Source: Candidatus Kaiserbacteria bacterium CG10_big_fil_rev_8_21_14_0_10_47_16
Lineage (GTDB): Bacteria > Patescibacteriota > Minisyncoccia > Phycocordibacterales > UBA918
NCBI GenBank assembly: GCA_002773395.1
Contig: PFBI01000004.1
Location: forward strand, 78,615 to 134,442
Length of the DNA: 55,828 nt
Direction: 5' to 3'
Shown here piece by piece: positions 43,570-52,373 of the stretch. How positions within the stretch are numbered: the first letter of the stretch is position 1; each line of letters opens with the position of its first letter. Position numbers and translations under genes: made by a program. A model generated the notes under the pieces. That model was not told where the DNA came from, ran no database searches, and saw nothing but the letters and a program-made list of their open reading frames with translations.

Positions 43570-43876
43570 GGTCAAGATTTTTGTCTTTTGGGAGTCCCCA
43601 TGTCCACTTCGGCTTCTCACCTTTCTTGCAGGTGATGCGAATGAACGTGGCGGTTAGAATTGCTACAGGAATTACGAAGGTGAACATAATTTCTCGAGTG
43701 GGCGATTGCTCATCAAGAGTGAGTGCAAGCCCAATCACAAGTGCGATATATACGATAAAGACGAGCCATCCTTCCCATGTTGCAGGCGTCCAGCCCCACC
43801 CGAAAAGCTTCCGTTTAAACCAGTAGTGGTTTGGGTTGTCTTTTAAGTAGGTGATGTATGTGTTCCAGAGTGACAT
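43562..43876 (-). CDS. Hypothetical membrane protein, 104 aa
   Basis: Two hydrophobic helices and a Trp-rich sequence. No family was recognised. Confidence 0.55.
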   Translation of the reverse strand: MSLWNTYITYLKDNPNHYWFKRKLFGWGWTPATWEGWLVFIVYIALVIGLALTLDEQSPTREIMFTFVIPVAILTATFIRITCKKGEKPKWTWGLPKDKNLDHE

Positions 43877-43914
43877 AACTTGTTTAGTATATCACTTCTC
43901 GGTAGTATAAGAAT

Positions 43915-44271
43915 ATGGAAACACAGACATATGTAGGCGGTTGTCATTGCGGCAAGGTGCAGTACGAAGTAGACATGAATCTTGAAAATGTCATGGAGTG
44001 TAATTGCTCACATTGCGCGAAGAAAGGATTCCTGCTGAGCTTTGTGCCTGCAACGCAGTTTCGCCTGCTTCGCGGCGAAGATGCATTGAGCGAATATCGT
44101 TTTAATAAAAAGCACATTGCTCATCTCTTTTGTACAACGTGTGGGGTTGAATCGTTTGCGCGCGGTACCGATAAAGAAGGAGCTGAGACGATCATGATTA
44201 ACGCACGGTGTCTTGATGATGTTGTCCCCGACACGCTCACCATTACCAAGGTTGATGGCAAGAATTTTTAA
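43915..44271 (+). CDS. GFA family protein (glutathione-dependent formaldehyde-activating/CENP-V fold)
   Basis: 118-aa ORF with GGCHCGKVQYEV, CNCSHCAKKG and FCTTCG zinc-binding cysteines. Confidence 0.8.
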   Translation: METQTYVGGCHCGKVQYEVDMNLENVMECNCSHCAKKGFLLSFVPATQFRLLRGEDALSEYRFNKKHIAHLFCTTCGVESFARGTDKEGAETIMINARCLDDVVPDTLTITKVDGKNF

Positions 44272-44273
44272 AT

Positions 44274-44308
44274 AAAAAACCCGCGGCCTTCGGCCGCGGG
44301 TTTTTTAT
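44274..44308 (+). terminator. Rho-independent terminator (A6-CCCGCGGCC-TTC-GGCCGCGGG-T6)
   Basis: 9-bp GC stem immediately after the GFA stop. Confidence 0.85.
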
Positions 44309-44508
44309 TTCTTTCGTTACTTCCCTACTTTCTTTGGCTTCTTCTTTTCTTTTTTCCGATCCATTCCTTTTGACATACGATGAGTGATTAGATAAATAAT
44401 GCTGTTTCAAAAACGGTTACATTTTCATTGGTAGATTCATCCTATGAATAAGTACTCTTAGTATACCTAAGGTACGCCTTCTTAGGGATTGAGGAGTTGT
44501 GCACAATG

Positions 44509-45030
44509 CTACTTCGTGAGAACAAACCGAAGCTTTTTATCTGCCCACGCTCCCGCATAAGAGACACCGATACGCGGCGTCATGCTGACACGAGACTCGG
44601 GTATAGGTTCTCCCCCTTCAATCCATATACCACTTTTCTTCCCAAGCGGAAGGTTATCAAAATCTCTTGTGACCTTGAGTGCTTTGGTAAGCTTGCCGGG
44701 GCCATCGTACTTTCCTGCACCGCGAATGAGTACTGCAGCAGGATAGTCTTTTACTCCAGTAACCACGTTCAGCATCGAGTACATGCCGTAGATAAGGTAT
44801 ACGTAAATTGTCCCTGCATCATGAAAGAGAGTCTCAGTTCTCTTCGTCCGCCCCTTTGATGAGTGGCACGCGAGGTCGTGTGGCCCAAGGTAGGCTTCGG
44901 TTTCGGTAATGATGAGACGGTGGACATCTTTGGAACCTATCGGTTGTACGCAGAGCGTACAACCGAGTAATTCCCGCGCCACCACATCTGCCTCTCGTTT
45001 AAAAAAATCTTTTTTAAACATCTGTGCCAT
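44509..45030 (-). CDS. mpg: DNA-3-methyladenine glycosylase (MPG/AAG family)
   Basis: 173-aa ORF with VARELLGC, ITETEAYLGPHD.ACH, IYVYLIYGMYSMLNVV, VLIRG and GPGKLTKAL. Confidence 0.85.
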   Translation of the reverse strand: MAQMFKKDFFKREADVVARELLGCTLCVQPIGSKDVHRLIITETEAYLGPHDLACHSSKGRTKRTETLFHDAGTIYVYLIYGMYSMLNVVTGVKDYPAAVLIRGAGKYDGPGKLTKALKVTRDFDNLPLGKKSGIWIEGGEPIPESRVSMTPRIGVSYAGAWADKKLRFVLTK

Positions 45031-45075
45031 AGATAAAATCTTATAACCATCTCAAAGTTTTTTACAAGTTTCGGC

Positions 45076-45768
45076 TCATTCAGCTTTTGTTGCAACAAGA
45101 GAGAATGAGAGAGCAACCATGTCACTAATTGCGTTGTCTGCGAGATTGTCGAAAAATGTACCTGAACCAAACGTGAGGCCCCATTTTGTACGGTCAATTT
45201 CAAGATTTGCGTATGCGTAAAGAGTGCCGTCTTTCTTTTTGTAGATTATTGCAGGAAACATTATTTCGTGAGTTTCACCTTTGAGTGTGAGATCTCCACG
45301 AACATCGTACATGAAGGTGGTTACAGCGTCTGAATGTGCTGAGATATCACTGATTGCAAATGCTGCCGTTGGATAGGTTTCGATATTGAACCATTGCTCT
45401 CCTTTCAAATGTCCTTGGAGCGCTGACTCTTTCCCTGGCTTTGCTTTCGTTTCTGAAACAGTAAGCGTGTTCATATCAATAATAAACTCACCATCCCCAC
45501 TTCCTTCTGCAACAGAAATAGTTCCACTCTGTACATTAATGCTTCCAGAATTGACGTATCCTTCAATAAGGGGTTTTTTACCAGACCAGTTTACTTTACT
45601 TTCCTCTGCAACGACGGTGTATGTCCCGTCTTCTACAAGTGCTGCCTCCCCATCAACCTCTGAGTTTCGCTGTTCGCTGTCAGGAGATTCTATTGGTGAG
45701 GGATTCCAGAATATAAATCCTGCGATTATGAGTAGTAGTATAACTCCTGCTGCAATGCCAACTTTCAT
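45076..45768 (-). CDS. YceI-like domain protein, membrane-anchored
   Basis: 230-aa ORF with an N-terminal TM helix and YceI-type beta-barrel blocks (SKVNWSGKK...G; TAAFAISDI; GDLTLKGETHEI). Confidence 0.7.
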   Translation of the reverse strand: MKVGIAAGVILLLIIAGFIFWNPSPIESPDSEQRNSEVDGEAALVEDGTYTVVAEESKVNWSGKKPLIEGYVNSGSINVQSGTISVAEGSGDGEFIIDMNTLTVSETKAKPGKESALQGHLKGEQWFNIETYPTAAFAISDISAHSDAVTTFMYDVRGDLTLKGETHEIMFPAIIYKKKDGTLYAYANLEIDRTKWGLTFGSGTFFDNLADNAISDMVALSFSLVATKAE

Positions 45769-45819
45769 ACAAAATCTTGATTATCATTTAATTATGAAGG
45801 TAGTGTACCACAGCCTATT

Positions 45820-46713
45820 TTAAGCACGATGAGCCGTTTCAAGTTCAGCGATATTAAGTTTTTTCATGGCGAGCATTGCTTTCATAACGCGTTCACGTTT
45901 TTGAGGATCAGTATCTTGTAGTAAGGTGTTCAGTACGGTTGGAACAATTTGCCACGAGACGCCATATGTATCTTGCAACCATCCACACTGCTCTGCTTCC
46001 GGTACTGCCGAGAGTGCATTCCAAAGCGTGTCTATTTCTTCTTGTGTCGTACAGTTCACTATAAGTGAAATAGCTGGCGTGATCGTAAATTTATGATCTA
46101 TGCCACTGTCGGACGCCATAAGCTCTTCGCCATTAAGTTCAAACGTTGCATGCATCACGATTTCCTTCCCGTTTTCTTCACTTGGGTAAAGGGAAGTAAT
46201 TCTACTGTTCTCAAATAGTGAAGTATAAAATCCCATCGCTTCTTTTGCTTTTCTAAAGTTTTCTCCAGTAAACATGATAAACGGCTCAATCTTTTGTTTC
46301 ACCGTACTATAATCTGGAGCCAGATTGAGTTGCCACGAGACGCCATATTTATCAGCAACCCATGCAAATCTTGGGCTGAAATCATATTTTTGAAGCGGCA
46401 TAAGAACCCCTCCTCCTTCAGAGAGTGCTGCGTATAGCTTATCGATTTCTTCTTCTGTCTCACACTGTACGGATAATGAGATTGCGGGAGTGAACGTAAA
46501 ATTCGGTCCGCCGTTCATTGCAAGAAAGGTGTATCCTGCAAGATAGTATTCAATTGTAAGGATTGAACCTTCAGGTTGTCCTGATACTTCAGCACTCGCT
46601 TTGTCGTAATGCAGGGTGTTAAGGATTTCTGAATCAGGAAAAAGTGAAAGGTATAAATCAACCGCTTTTTCGGCTTGTGTATCGAACCATAAACACGGAA
46701 CTATTTTTTGCAT
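45820..46713 (-). CDS. Tandem VOC/PhnB-like protein (two '3-demethylubiquinone-9 3-methyltransferase'-type domains)
   Basis: 297-aa ORF. MQKIVPCLWFDTQAEKAVDLYLSLFPDSEI recurs in a second copy (IEPFIMFTGENFRKAKEAMGFYTSLFENS), and both copies end in YGVSWQ. Confidence 0.75.
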   Translation of the reverse strand: MQKIVPCLWFDTQAEKAVDLYLSLFPDSEILNTLHYDKASAEVSGQPEGSILTIEYYLAGYTFLAMNGGPNFTFTPAISLSVQCETEEEIDKLYAALSEGGGVLMPLQKYDFSPRFAWVADKYGVSWQLNLAPDYSTVKQKIEPFIMFTGENFRKAKEAMGFYTSLFENSRITSLYPSEENGKEIVMHATFELNGEELMASDSGIDHKFTITPAISLIVNCTTQEEIDTLWNALSAVPEAEQCGWLQDTYGVSWQIVPTVLNTLLQDTDPQKRERVMKAMLAMKKLNIAELETAHRA

Positions 46714-46798
46714 ACTGTAAGATATTCTATGGACAGTTGTAACGACCTTCTAAAGACATGCTACCATTTAAGTATAGAATAATAAGTATAAAAAGAAT

Positions 46799-46945
46799 AT
46801 GAATAATACACTCGTTACCGTTCTCGTCATTTTGGTAATTGTCATTATCGGATGGCTTGCGTACTCACAGGGATACTTTAAGGGAGCAGACGAAGAGCAG
46901 AATGATGGACTTGAAATCAATATTGGAGGTTCTACAGAAGGTTAG
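46799..46945 (+). CDS. Possible 48-aa single-TM peptide
   Basis: Own translation gives MNNTLVTVLVILVIVIIGWLAYSQGYFKGADEEQNDGLEINIGGSTEG. A strong terminator follows. It is below the track cut-off. Confidence 0.4.
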   Translation: MNNTLVTVLVILVIVIIGWLAYSQGYFKGADEEQNDGLEINIGGSTEG

Positions 46946-46959
46946 AATGTTAGCGTTTG

Positions 46960-46995
46960 AAAAAGCCGCGGCACCTTTGGTGCCGCGGCTTTTTC
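46960..46995. terminator. Bidirectional terminator (A5-GCCGCGGCACC-TTT-GGTGCCGCGGC-T5)
   Basis: 11-12-bp GC stem between convergent genes. Confidence 0.85.
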
Positions 46996-47020
46996 TATAG
47001 AGTCTGCAACTTATTCTAGT

Positions 47021-47293
47021 CTAGCGATGCGGACAGCCGGGCCAGCAGCACGGCCGCCGCTTCCCTTTTATAAGTTCTGCACGCGCCCGTTCAATATGAT
47101 GTTTTCGCGTCTCGGCCTTTTTTACCGATATAACCCAACAAATCCACTCATTTCGTGCGAGTGGCGTGATATCTTCCCACGCCGTGTGCATTGCAGGTGA
47201 AGATGTAATTGCCTTTCGTAAATCAGCAGGAACGGTATGAACAACACCAGAAGAAATTTTTTTAGGAGAAATATTGCCAGACTTCTTTTGCAT
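47021..47293 (-). CDS. YdeI/OmpD-associated (OmdA) family protein
   Basis: 90-aa ORF with AWEDITPLARNEWICWVISVKKAETRKHHIERA. Confidence 0.7.
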   Translation of the reverse strand: MQKKSGNISPKKISSGVVHTVPADLRKAITSSPAMHTAWEDITPLARNEWICWVISVKKAETRKHHIERARAELIKGKRRPCCWPGCPHR

Positions 47294-47325
47294 ATAGATA
47301 TTCTACCAGTTTCTCGTATGAAATA

Positions 47326-47544
47326 TTATGGTCGATATGTCTCAAACTCTTCAACTGCTTCTACCAAAATCTCTGTTTCGTCATCATCAAGTCGCCCATG
47401 ACTCATGCGTTCAAGCACAGAGAAAATTTCTTCTGGTGAATACCCCTTCCCCAGTAATCGCATCGCTTCCGTAAGGACAGCATTGTCTGTGGGCGTGCTC
47501 TTGCTGAGCGCTGTTTCAAACATTTTTGCGAAAGGATGCCCCAT
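47326..47544 (-). CDS. Hypothetical protein, 72 aa
   Basis: Acidic helical ORF. No family was recognised. Confidence 0.45.
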   Translation of the reverse strand: MGHPFAKMFETALSKSTPTDNAVLTEAMRLLGKGYSPEEIFSVLERMSHGRLDDDETEILVEAVEEFETYRP

Positions 47545-47558
47545 AGATAAAATATCTG

Positions 47559-47915
47559 CTAGAGTCCCTCCATTCCTGGTAGTGGATTGATTGGCATGAT
47601 TTCAATCGATGCTCCGGGGATACCAAAGTGTGGGTGGCCTACAAAAAGTTCTGCCGCCGCGTCAGGTGACGCCGCTTCGACGATGGAGTACATCATGATG
47701 TCGTTCTTTGTATCGGTAACGCCGTCTGTGGTAATGCGTTTTGTCTTACCCAATCCTGCAGTTATACCGGTGAGCGCACTTCGATGCGCGTCCATCCACT
47801 CATTCCACTCCTGTTCCATTTTCTTTTCCTCTGATTTACGGATCTCTGGATCAGTTTTCATCCATTCGTCGAGGATGGCGGCTGGTGCAAGATAGATTGC
47901 AATGAATTTTTGCAT
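47559..47915 (-). CDS. Hypothetical protein, 118 aa
   Basis: ORF in line with its neighbours. No family was recognised. Confidence 0.5.
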   Translation of the reverse strand: MQKFIAIYLAPAAILDEWMKTDPEIRKSEEKKMEQEWNEWMDAHRSALTGITAGLGKTKRITTDGVTDTKNDIMMYSIVEAASPDAAAELFVGHPHFGIPGASIEIMPINPLPGMEGL

Positions 47916-47974
47916 AAATATGTTGTATTACAGGAATAATTATTTTTTAGTATATACCCCCACTTAAGATTCTT

Positions 47975-49162
47975 CTACTGATACTGAATGTAGATTGGTG
48001 AAGGTGTCAGATTGAGCACTTCATCCATTGTGAGGAGGCGAGTTGATGGTGCTTTGAGATCGTTTCCGTAGAAGAGTTTAACCCCTGTAAATTGCACTGG
48101 CTCAGGGTAGATGACACGATTGTACGTCCCTTTCTTTTTTGCAGGTTCACCCCAGCCGTCCATGTCCATGACAACCTGTACTTCAGGAAGTGGTTTGATG
48201 TTTTGGTAATTGGTCACCATATCTTGAGTGAAGCGGTGGATGACAAGAATCTTTGGTGGGAGTTTGTTGTCGCGAACAATCTGCGCAAGGTATTCAATCG
48301 CGTAATTGATGTCAGTCGCATCGAAGGTACCGATTACGTGACCAGGAGCATCGCCATATTTCATAGAAAACTCTGGATCAAGTCCAAGGTGTACGTTTGG
48401 TTTTTTCAAGAATTCAGAAATAGCAGGAAGTTCGTTTTCAATCGTACTCTTTCCGATTTGCAGATCGAGGAATAAGAGACCGTCAATTTCATTTGCCATG
48501 GTGAGTGCCTTTTCCATCTCTGCGTCTGGCATCTGTGCGCGGTAGTATCCGAGTTTCCCTGCATCAGCTTGCGCGACGGCGGCGATATAGTGAATTGCAG
48601 GAATCGCAGGTGTCTCTGGATCTGCTTTTGTCCATGCTGCTACCTCGTCTTTAAGTTTTTGCACGACCACTTCTTTTGAATATTCGCCAAGGACACCCAT
48701 GCGGGTTGAATAGAAATTACCGTAGTACGCAATGATGCGAGAGAATGGAAGAATAGCACCGCCGTTTGGATAGGCTGCTGGGGCTGGCCATAAACTCTTT
48801 GGCACTGATACGCTCATGGTTTCGGTAGATACCGGCAGTGCTACTTGCGGTGTAGTGCTTGCAGTCGTGCTTGCAACCTGTGGTTGTGGCGGCATGTAGT
48901 GCGCAAGTGACAGCATTTTCTGGTTGTACGCATCAATATCAAGTGGTAATGGCCATACAGGGTCTTTCTTTAATATTTCCGGAGTTACATCTGCGACAAT
49001 CTGTTCATAGATTACTGGATTGAAATCAGTGGAAATACCCACAAACGCGGCACCAATAAGCAAAAATCCGCTTCCGTAGAGCGCGACAGTTCCTACTTGT
49101 TTCGTATTGAAAGAGAAAAACGCTTTTGTGCGTGTGCGGAGCTTCTGGAAATATTCACTCAT
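47975..49162 (-). CDS. Hypothetical membrane-anchored extracytoplasmic protein, 395 aa
   Basis: N-terminal TM helix (VGTVALYGSGFLLIGAAFVGI) followed by a globular domain. No family was recognised. Confidence 0.6.
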   Translation of the reverse strand: MSEYFQKLRTRTKAFFSFNTKQVGTVALYGSGFLLIGAAFVGISTDFNPVIYEQIVADVTPEILKKDPVWPLPLDIDAYNQKMLSLAHYMPPQPQVASTTASTTPQVALPVSTETMSVSVPKSLWPAPAAYPNGGAILPFSRIIAYYGNFYSTRMGVLGEYSKEVVVQKLKDEVAAWTKADPETPAIPAIHYIAAVAQADAGKLGYYRAQMPDAEMEKALTMANEIDGLLFLDLQIGKSTIENELPAISEFLKKPNVHLGLDPEFSMKYGDAPGHVIGTFDATDINYAIEYLAQIVRDNKLPPKILVIHRFTQDMVTNYQNIKPLPEVQVVMDMDGWGEPAKKKGTYNRVIYPEPVQFTGVKLFYGNDLKAPSTRLLTMDEVLNLTPSPIYIQYQ

Positions 49163-49202
49163 ATCGGGTTTATTGTATCGGCATGCGACCTAAAAAGCGA
49201 GG

Positions 49203-49235
49203 GACTCTCTCTAAAAAAGTGAACCCTCTGCCAAG
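49203..49235 (-). terminator. Terminator of the beta-barrel-like gene (CCCTCTG-CCAAGGA-CAGAGGG, then T6 on the minus strand)
   Basis: 7-8-bp stem checked by hand, 29 nt downstream of the stop at 49264. Confidence 0.7.
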
Positions 49236-49263
49236 GACAGAGGGTCAGGTGAAGACAGGGTCT

Positions 49264-49758
49264 TCAAAACTTATTTCGGAAGCGCAGGAGCAATTTGTCG
49301 CCCTCGCTCCCGTAGACTGCGAATTGGTAGTCCAAGGTGATGGAGCTTCGTGGCGATGGGCCGTCACTCCAAAGTTGAGTACCTACGAGGGCAACCACCC
49401 TGCTGTGCTCGATGTATTGTCGGTAATCGAGCTGAACATGGATAGAGAGAGTCTGCCACGGCTTGTACTCATAATAGAGAGAACAGCCGTAGGAACCACC
49501 CCCGTCAGCGCTAAAGGAAACCGCGCCTCGGACGATTTGTTGGGAATCTAATGCCCACTTCGCGTCCACCATAATATTTTGGTTTTGCGAGTTGAGCTTA
49601 GCAGTAATACCAAGACTAAGCTCTTCTCCGAAGAGCGGCTTCTTCTTGGGCGCGGCCTTGAAACGCTCGAACTGACTCGAGTTATCCGCCCATGCCGGTG
49701 CGCCGCTAAGACCAAGGGCAACGGCGATACATATAAACCAACATCGAATGTTGTACAT
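49264..49758 (-). CDS. Secreted protein with outer-membrane beta-barrel-like features (signal peptide, alternating strands, C-terminal Phe)
   Basis: 164-aa ORF. The signal peptide ends in ...GLSGAPAWA/DN, the amphipathic strands are rich in Tyr and Gly, and the C-terminus is LLLRFRNKF. A sampled line gives about 53% GC. It is monocistronic with its own terminator. Confidence 0.5.
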   Translation of the reverse strand: MYNIRCWFICIAVALGLSGAPAWADNSSQFERFKAAPKKKPLFGEELSLGITAKLNSQNQNIMVDAKWALDSQQIVRGAVSFSADGGGSYGCSLYYEYKPWQTLSIHVQLDYRQYIEHSRVVALVGTQLWSDGPSPRSSITLDYQFAVYGSEGDKLLLRFRNKF

Positions 49759-49884
49759 CAGTCGTTCCCCTTCCTAATTTGTGTGTGAACAGGTACTAAA
49801 CTTAGTAATAACACAATTTCCTCTCTATGAAAATTTAGAGGTGTTTAAAGTGAGGATAAACTGGTTTATGAGCGATTTAGAACC

Positions 49885-50271
49885 TCAAATGAGGTAGTGT
49901 CCAAAGATAAATACTCCAATAACGACCGCAATAAGGGCAGCGATGAGTACGGCACCTGCCGCAACATCTTTTGTATCCTTCGCGTAGGGGTGGAAATCTG
50001 GAGACGTAAGATTGATGTCTATTTCGATAGCGGTGTTGAACGCCTCTGCAACGAGCACGAGCCCACCAGCCAAAACAAGCATCATCCACTCAACGACGGT
50101 AATTTTAAAATATATACCAAGGACGATAGCGGCAAGAAAAATAACGAGGTGGATCCAAGCATTGTGGGTTGTTTTAATAAAAACCAAAATCCCTCGCCCT
50201 GCATGACTAAAACTTTTTGCACGTTTGATAAAAGAAAATTCTTCTTTGGTGTCGAGTAATTCGTGATCCAT
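49885..50271 (-). CDS. dgkA: Diacylglycerol/undecaprenol kinase (DgkA family)
   Basis: 128-aa ORF with 3 TM helices and VAEAFNTAIEIDINL (E..NTAIE motif). Confidence 0.8.
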   Translation of the reverse strand: MDHELLDTKEEFSFIKRAKSFSHAGRGILVFIKTTHNAWIHLVIFLAAIVLGIYFKITVVEWMMLVLAGGLVLVAEAFNTAIEIDINLTSPDFHPYAKDTKDVAAGAVLIAALIAVVIGVFIFGHYLI

Positions 50272-50298
50272 AGAGCAAAGTATATCAAATAGTAATCC

Positions 50299-50874
50299 TT
50301 ACATTGATTCCCCTTCAAAATCAGGCTCTACGATGGCCCACATCATATCTTCAGGGACCAATTTGAGGTACGCACTCTTCCCGATTGATGGCTGGGCGGT
50401 CATTGGCTCGTTAGGTGCACGGTCGACATAATTAAAGACAACCACATTCTTATGGCGTGGGTTCGGACTTACGTCCGTAGACTGAGGTGCGATTCTATCA
50501 CCGAGTAAATATCCGTCTGTTCCAACATATCCTCCGTCAGTCATAACGGCGCCAACTGCGTAATAGAATACTCCTGACCCTCCCGTTTCTTGTGTAAGGA
50601 TAAACGCAACGTCCTCTACACCGTCGCCATTGAGATCAATTGGAAGTTCATTCCCAAAATAGCGGGTGACGATTTTTGTTGTAGAACCTGGAGCTGCTTC
50701 GGTTTCTGCAAACCCGTTCACCAACTGAACGGGCTCACCATTGAGTACGTACGTCGCGTCTTTGTAATCGGAGATTACTTCCGCTTGTTTTTCATTATAG
50801 ATATACGAATTGAGAACGTAAAAAGATCCAACTAATACGACCAAAAGTATCAACACTCCAAAAAATATTTTCAT
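50299..50874 (-). CDS. Hypothetical secreted or membrane-anchored protein, 191 aa
   Basis: N-terminal TM helix and a DLNGDGVEDV (FG-GAP/calcium-loop-like) segment. Confidence 0.55.
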   Translation of the reverse strand: MKIFFGVLILLVVLVGSFYVLNSYIYNEKQAEVISDYKDATYVLNGEPVQLVNGFAETEAAPGSTTKIVTRYFGNELPIDLNGDGVEDVAFILTQETGGSGVFYYAVGAVMTDGGYVGTDGYLLGDRIAPQSTDVSPNPRHKNVVVFNYVDRAPNEPMTAQPSIGKSAYLKLVPEDMMWAIVEPDFEGESM

Positions 50875-50914
50875 ATCCTTAGTATAGCAGAGCCGCTTTT
50901 ACTTTAAGCACCAA

Positions 50915-51112
50915 TTACTTATGTCGGTAATCGTATGCTGCGCCAATTGCAATTCCCAAAGCGATGCCGAGACCAATGCCGGTGCTCGAGCCGTTGTCAC
51001 CAAATACTATTGGGCCAAAAATAATTCCAAAGACTATACCGAACACAACCCCAAGAGCTATTCCCCTAGGCTCCTTTGAGCCAATTTCTTTTTTTGTTTT
51101 GTCATCTTTCAT
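50915..51112 (-). CDS. Small glycine-zipper membrane protein, 65 aa
   Basis: GIALGVVFGIVFGIIFGPIVFG and GIGLGIALGIAIGAA repeats. Confidence 0.5.
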   Translation of the reverse strand: MKDDKTKKEIGSKEPRGIALGVVFGIVFGIIFGPIVFGDNGSSTGIGLGIALGIAIGAAYDYRHK

Positions 51113-51136
51113 ATATGAAGTATAACAAATTGTATT

Positions 51137-51153
51137 AGCTGCCCGACAGGGAC
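51137..51153 (-). repeat. Truncated tRNA-Gln 3'-end copy 3 (17 nt)
   Basis: AGCTGCCCGACAGGGAC is identical to 53437-53453. Confidence 0.85.
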
Positions 51154-51196
51154 GATGTTGGAACTTTTTTAGAGGAAGAAACTATCAGAGTGATGC

Positions 51197-51760
51197 TTAA
51201 TGTATCTCAGCAAAATCGATAATTTTCTTGGCGACTTCTTCGGGTGATACGTCAGTATTATCAATAATCAGATTATTCTGTAGAGGCGCTGTCTTAAAAT
51301 AATCATATTTTGCTAGCGAATCTTTCAGTATTTCTATAGTTGATATCTTCCCCCATTCCTTACGATTACTTTCAGTAACCCGTTGGAGTAGTGTTTCATT
51401 TGAGGTGGTGAGGTTCACACCGTAAAATTCTCCACCATTTTTCTGAGTTATCTCTTCAAGCCGTGTTGCATACCACTCGTCACTTTCGCCATTGGGATAC
51501 AGGTAATTATGAGCATGTGCACCTGTCATAATGATACCACTTACATTTTCCTGAAGAGCCATTTCTAGAATTTCAAATCGTAACTTAACAATGTACATAT
51601 CACCTTTTGGATTTCCACGTTCAAATATTGAACGTACCAAATCAGTAGTGAGGTGATTATGAGCTAATTTAAAACCGGTAGCCAAACTCAAGGCTTTTGC
51701 TGTGGTGAGCTTTCCTGTCGCAGGAGCTCCGTAAATATAAATTACTTTGGTTTTTTTCAT
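51197..51760 (-). CDS. P-loop NTPase/kinase-like protein (AAA_33 or small-molecule-kinase-like)
   Basis: 187-aa ORF with Walker A GAPATGKLT at the N-terminus. It is flanked by the 12-bp direct repeat CGATGTTGGAAC (51153-51164 and 51829-51840). Confidence 0.6.
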   Translation of the reverse strand: MKKTKVIYIYGAPATGKLTTAKALSLATGFKLAHNHLTTDLVRSIFERGNPKGDMYIVKLRFEILEMALQENVSGIIMTGAHAHNYLYPNGESDEWYATRLEEITQKNGGEFYGVNLTTSNETLLQRVTESNRKEWGKISTIEILKDSLAKYDYFKTAPLQNNLIIDNTDVSPEEVAKKIIDFAEIH

Positions 51761-52106
51761 ATAAAAAGTATATCAAAGTCTCAAAGCACTCTACCTGTCA
51801 TTCGAATAAGCCAGCTAGTTGTCTGTTGCGATGTTGGAACTCGTGTGTAAATAAAATAACCCCTGGACATGCTTGCGCACGCCAGGGGTTTGTCGCGGAA
51901 GGTCTTCACAGGGTATGCTCCCGCACACAGATTCCCTGCTAAGGTTGAGAATTCAAGTCAGCGTACCCAACCTAATATAGCTGACAGGTTTGGTCTTAAT
52001 GATGCATAAGCCCATACACAAGCTCGGAAAGACCGAAAGCCTTACTTGTGCAAACTTAGACTCGCACTTGGTAAGATAACATATATAAAAATACTGTCAA
52101 CCCCCC

Positions 52107-52128
52107 AGCTGCCCGACAGGGACTCGAA
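52107..52128 (-). repeat. Truncated tRNA-Gln 3'-end copy 2 (22 nt)
   Basis: AGCTGCCCGACAGGGACTCGAA is identical to 53437-53458. The sequence diverges where the T-stem 5' strand would be, so no T arm can form. Confidence 0.9.
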
Positions 52129-52373
52129 GCTTACAGCTTCAGTACAGGTTGTCGATATTTTTGTTCGGTTGTCGCCTCCTAAAATATCAGGCAACAATAT
52201 CAGGCAACCTTTTCGAGCCCTTAGAAAACAGTCCACTGGACTATTTCCTCGGCCAGCTTGTAACGCAAAAATCCGCTCACCGCGGATTTTCACTAACAAG
52301 CTGGCCTCGTCGGTCTCGTAATTTTTTCCATCAAGCCCCAGAAGGCTTTTTTACTGATATCTATTTTATCATT

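Noticed and set aside
44317-44376. 19-aa Lys-rich minus-strand mini-ORF MSKGMDRKKEKKKPKKVGK in the GFA/mpg spacer
   Set aside because: It has no ribosome-binding site and no terminator, and it is too short to judge. The Lys-rich translation may simply reflect the purine-rich, low-complexity coding strand at this point (a pyrimidine run on the plus strand).
51841-52106. Candidate SRP RNA, tmRNA or 6S RNA in the long spacer
   Set aside because: I found no helix-8 AGCAGC/GGAA signature, no tRNA-like domain with a T arm and no tag ORF. It is kept only as an unexplained structured spacer.
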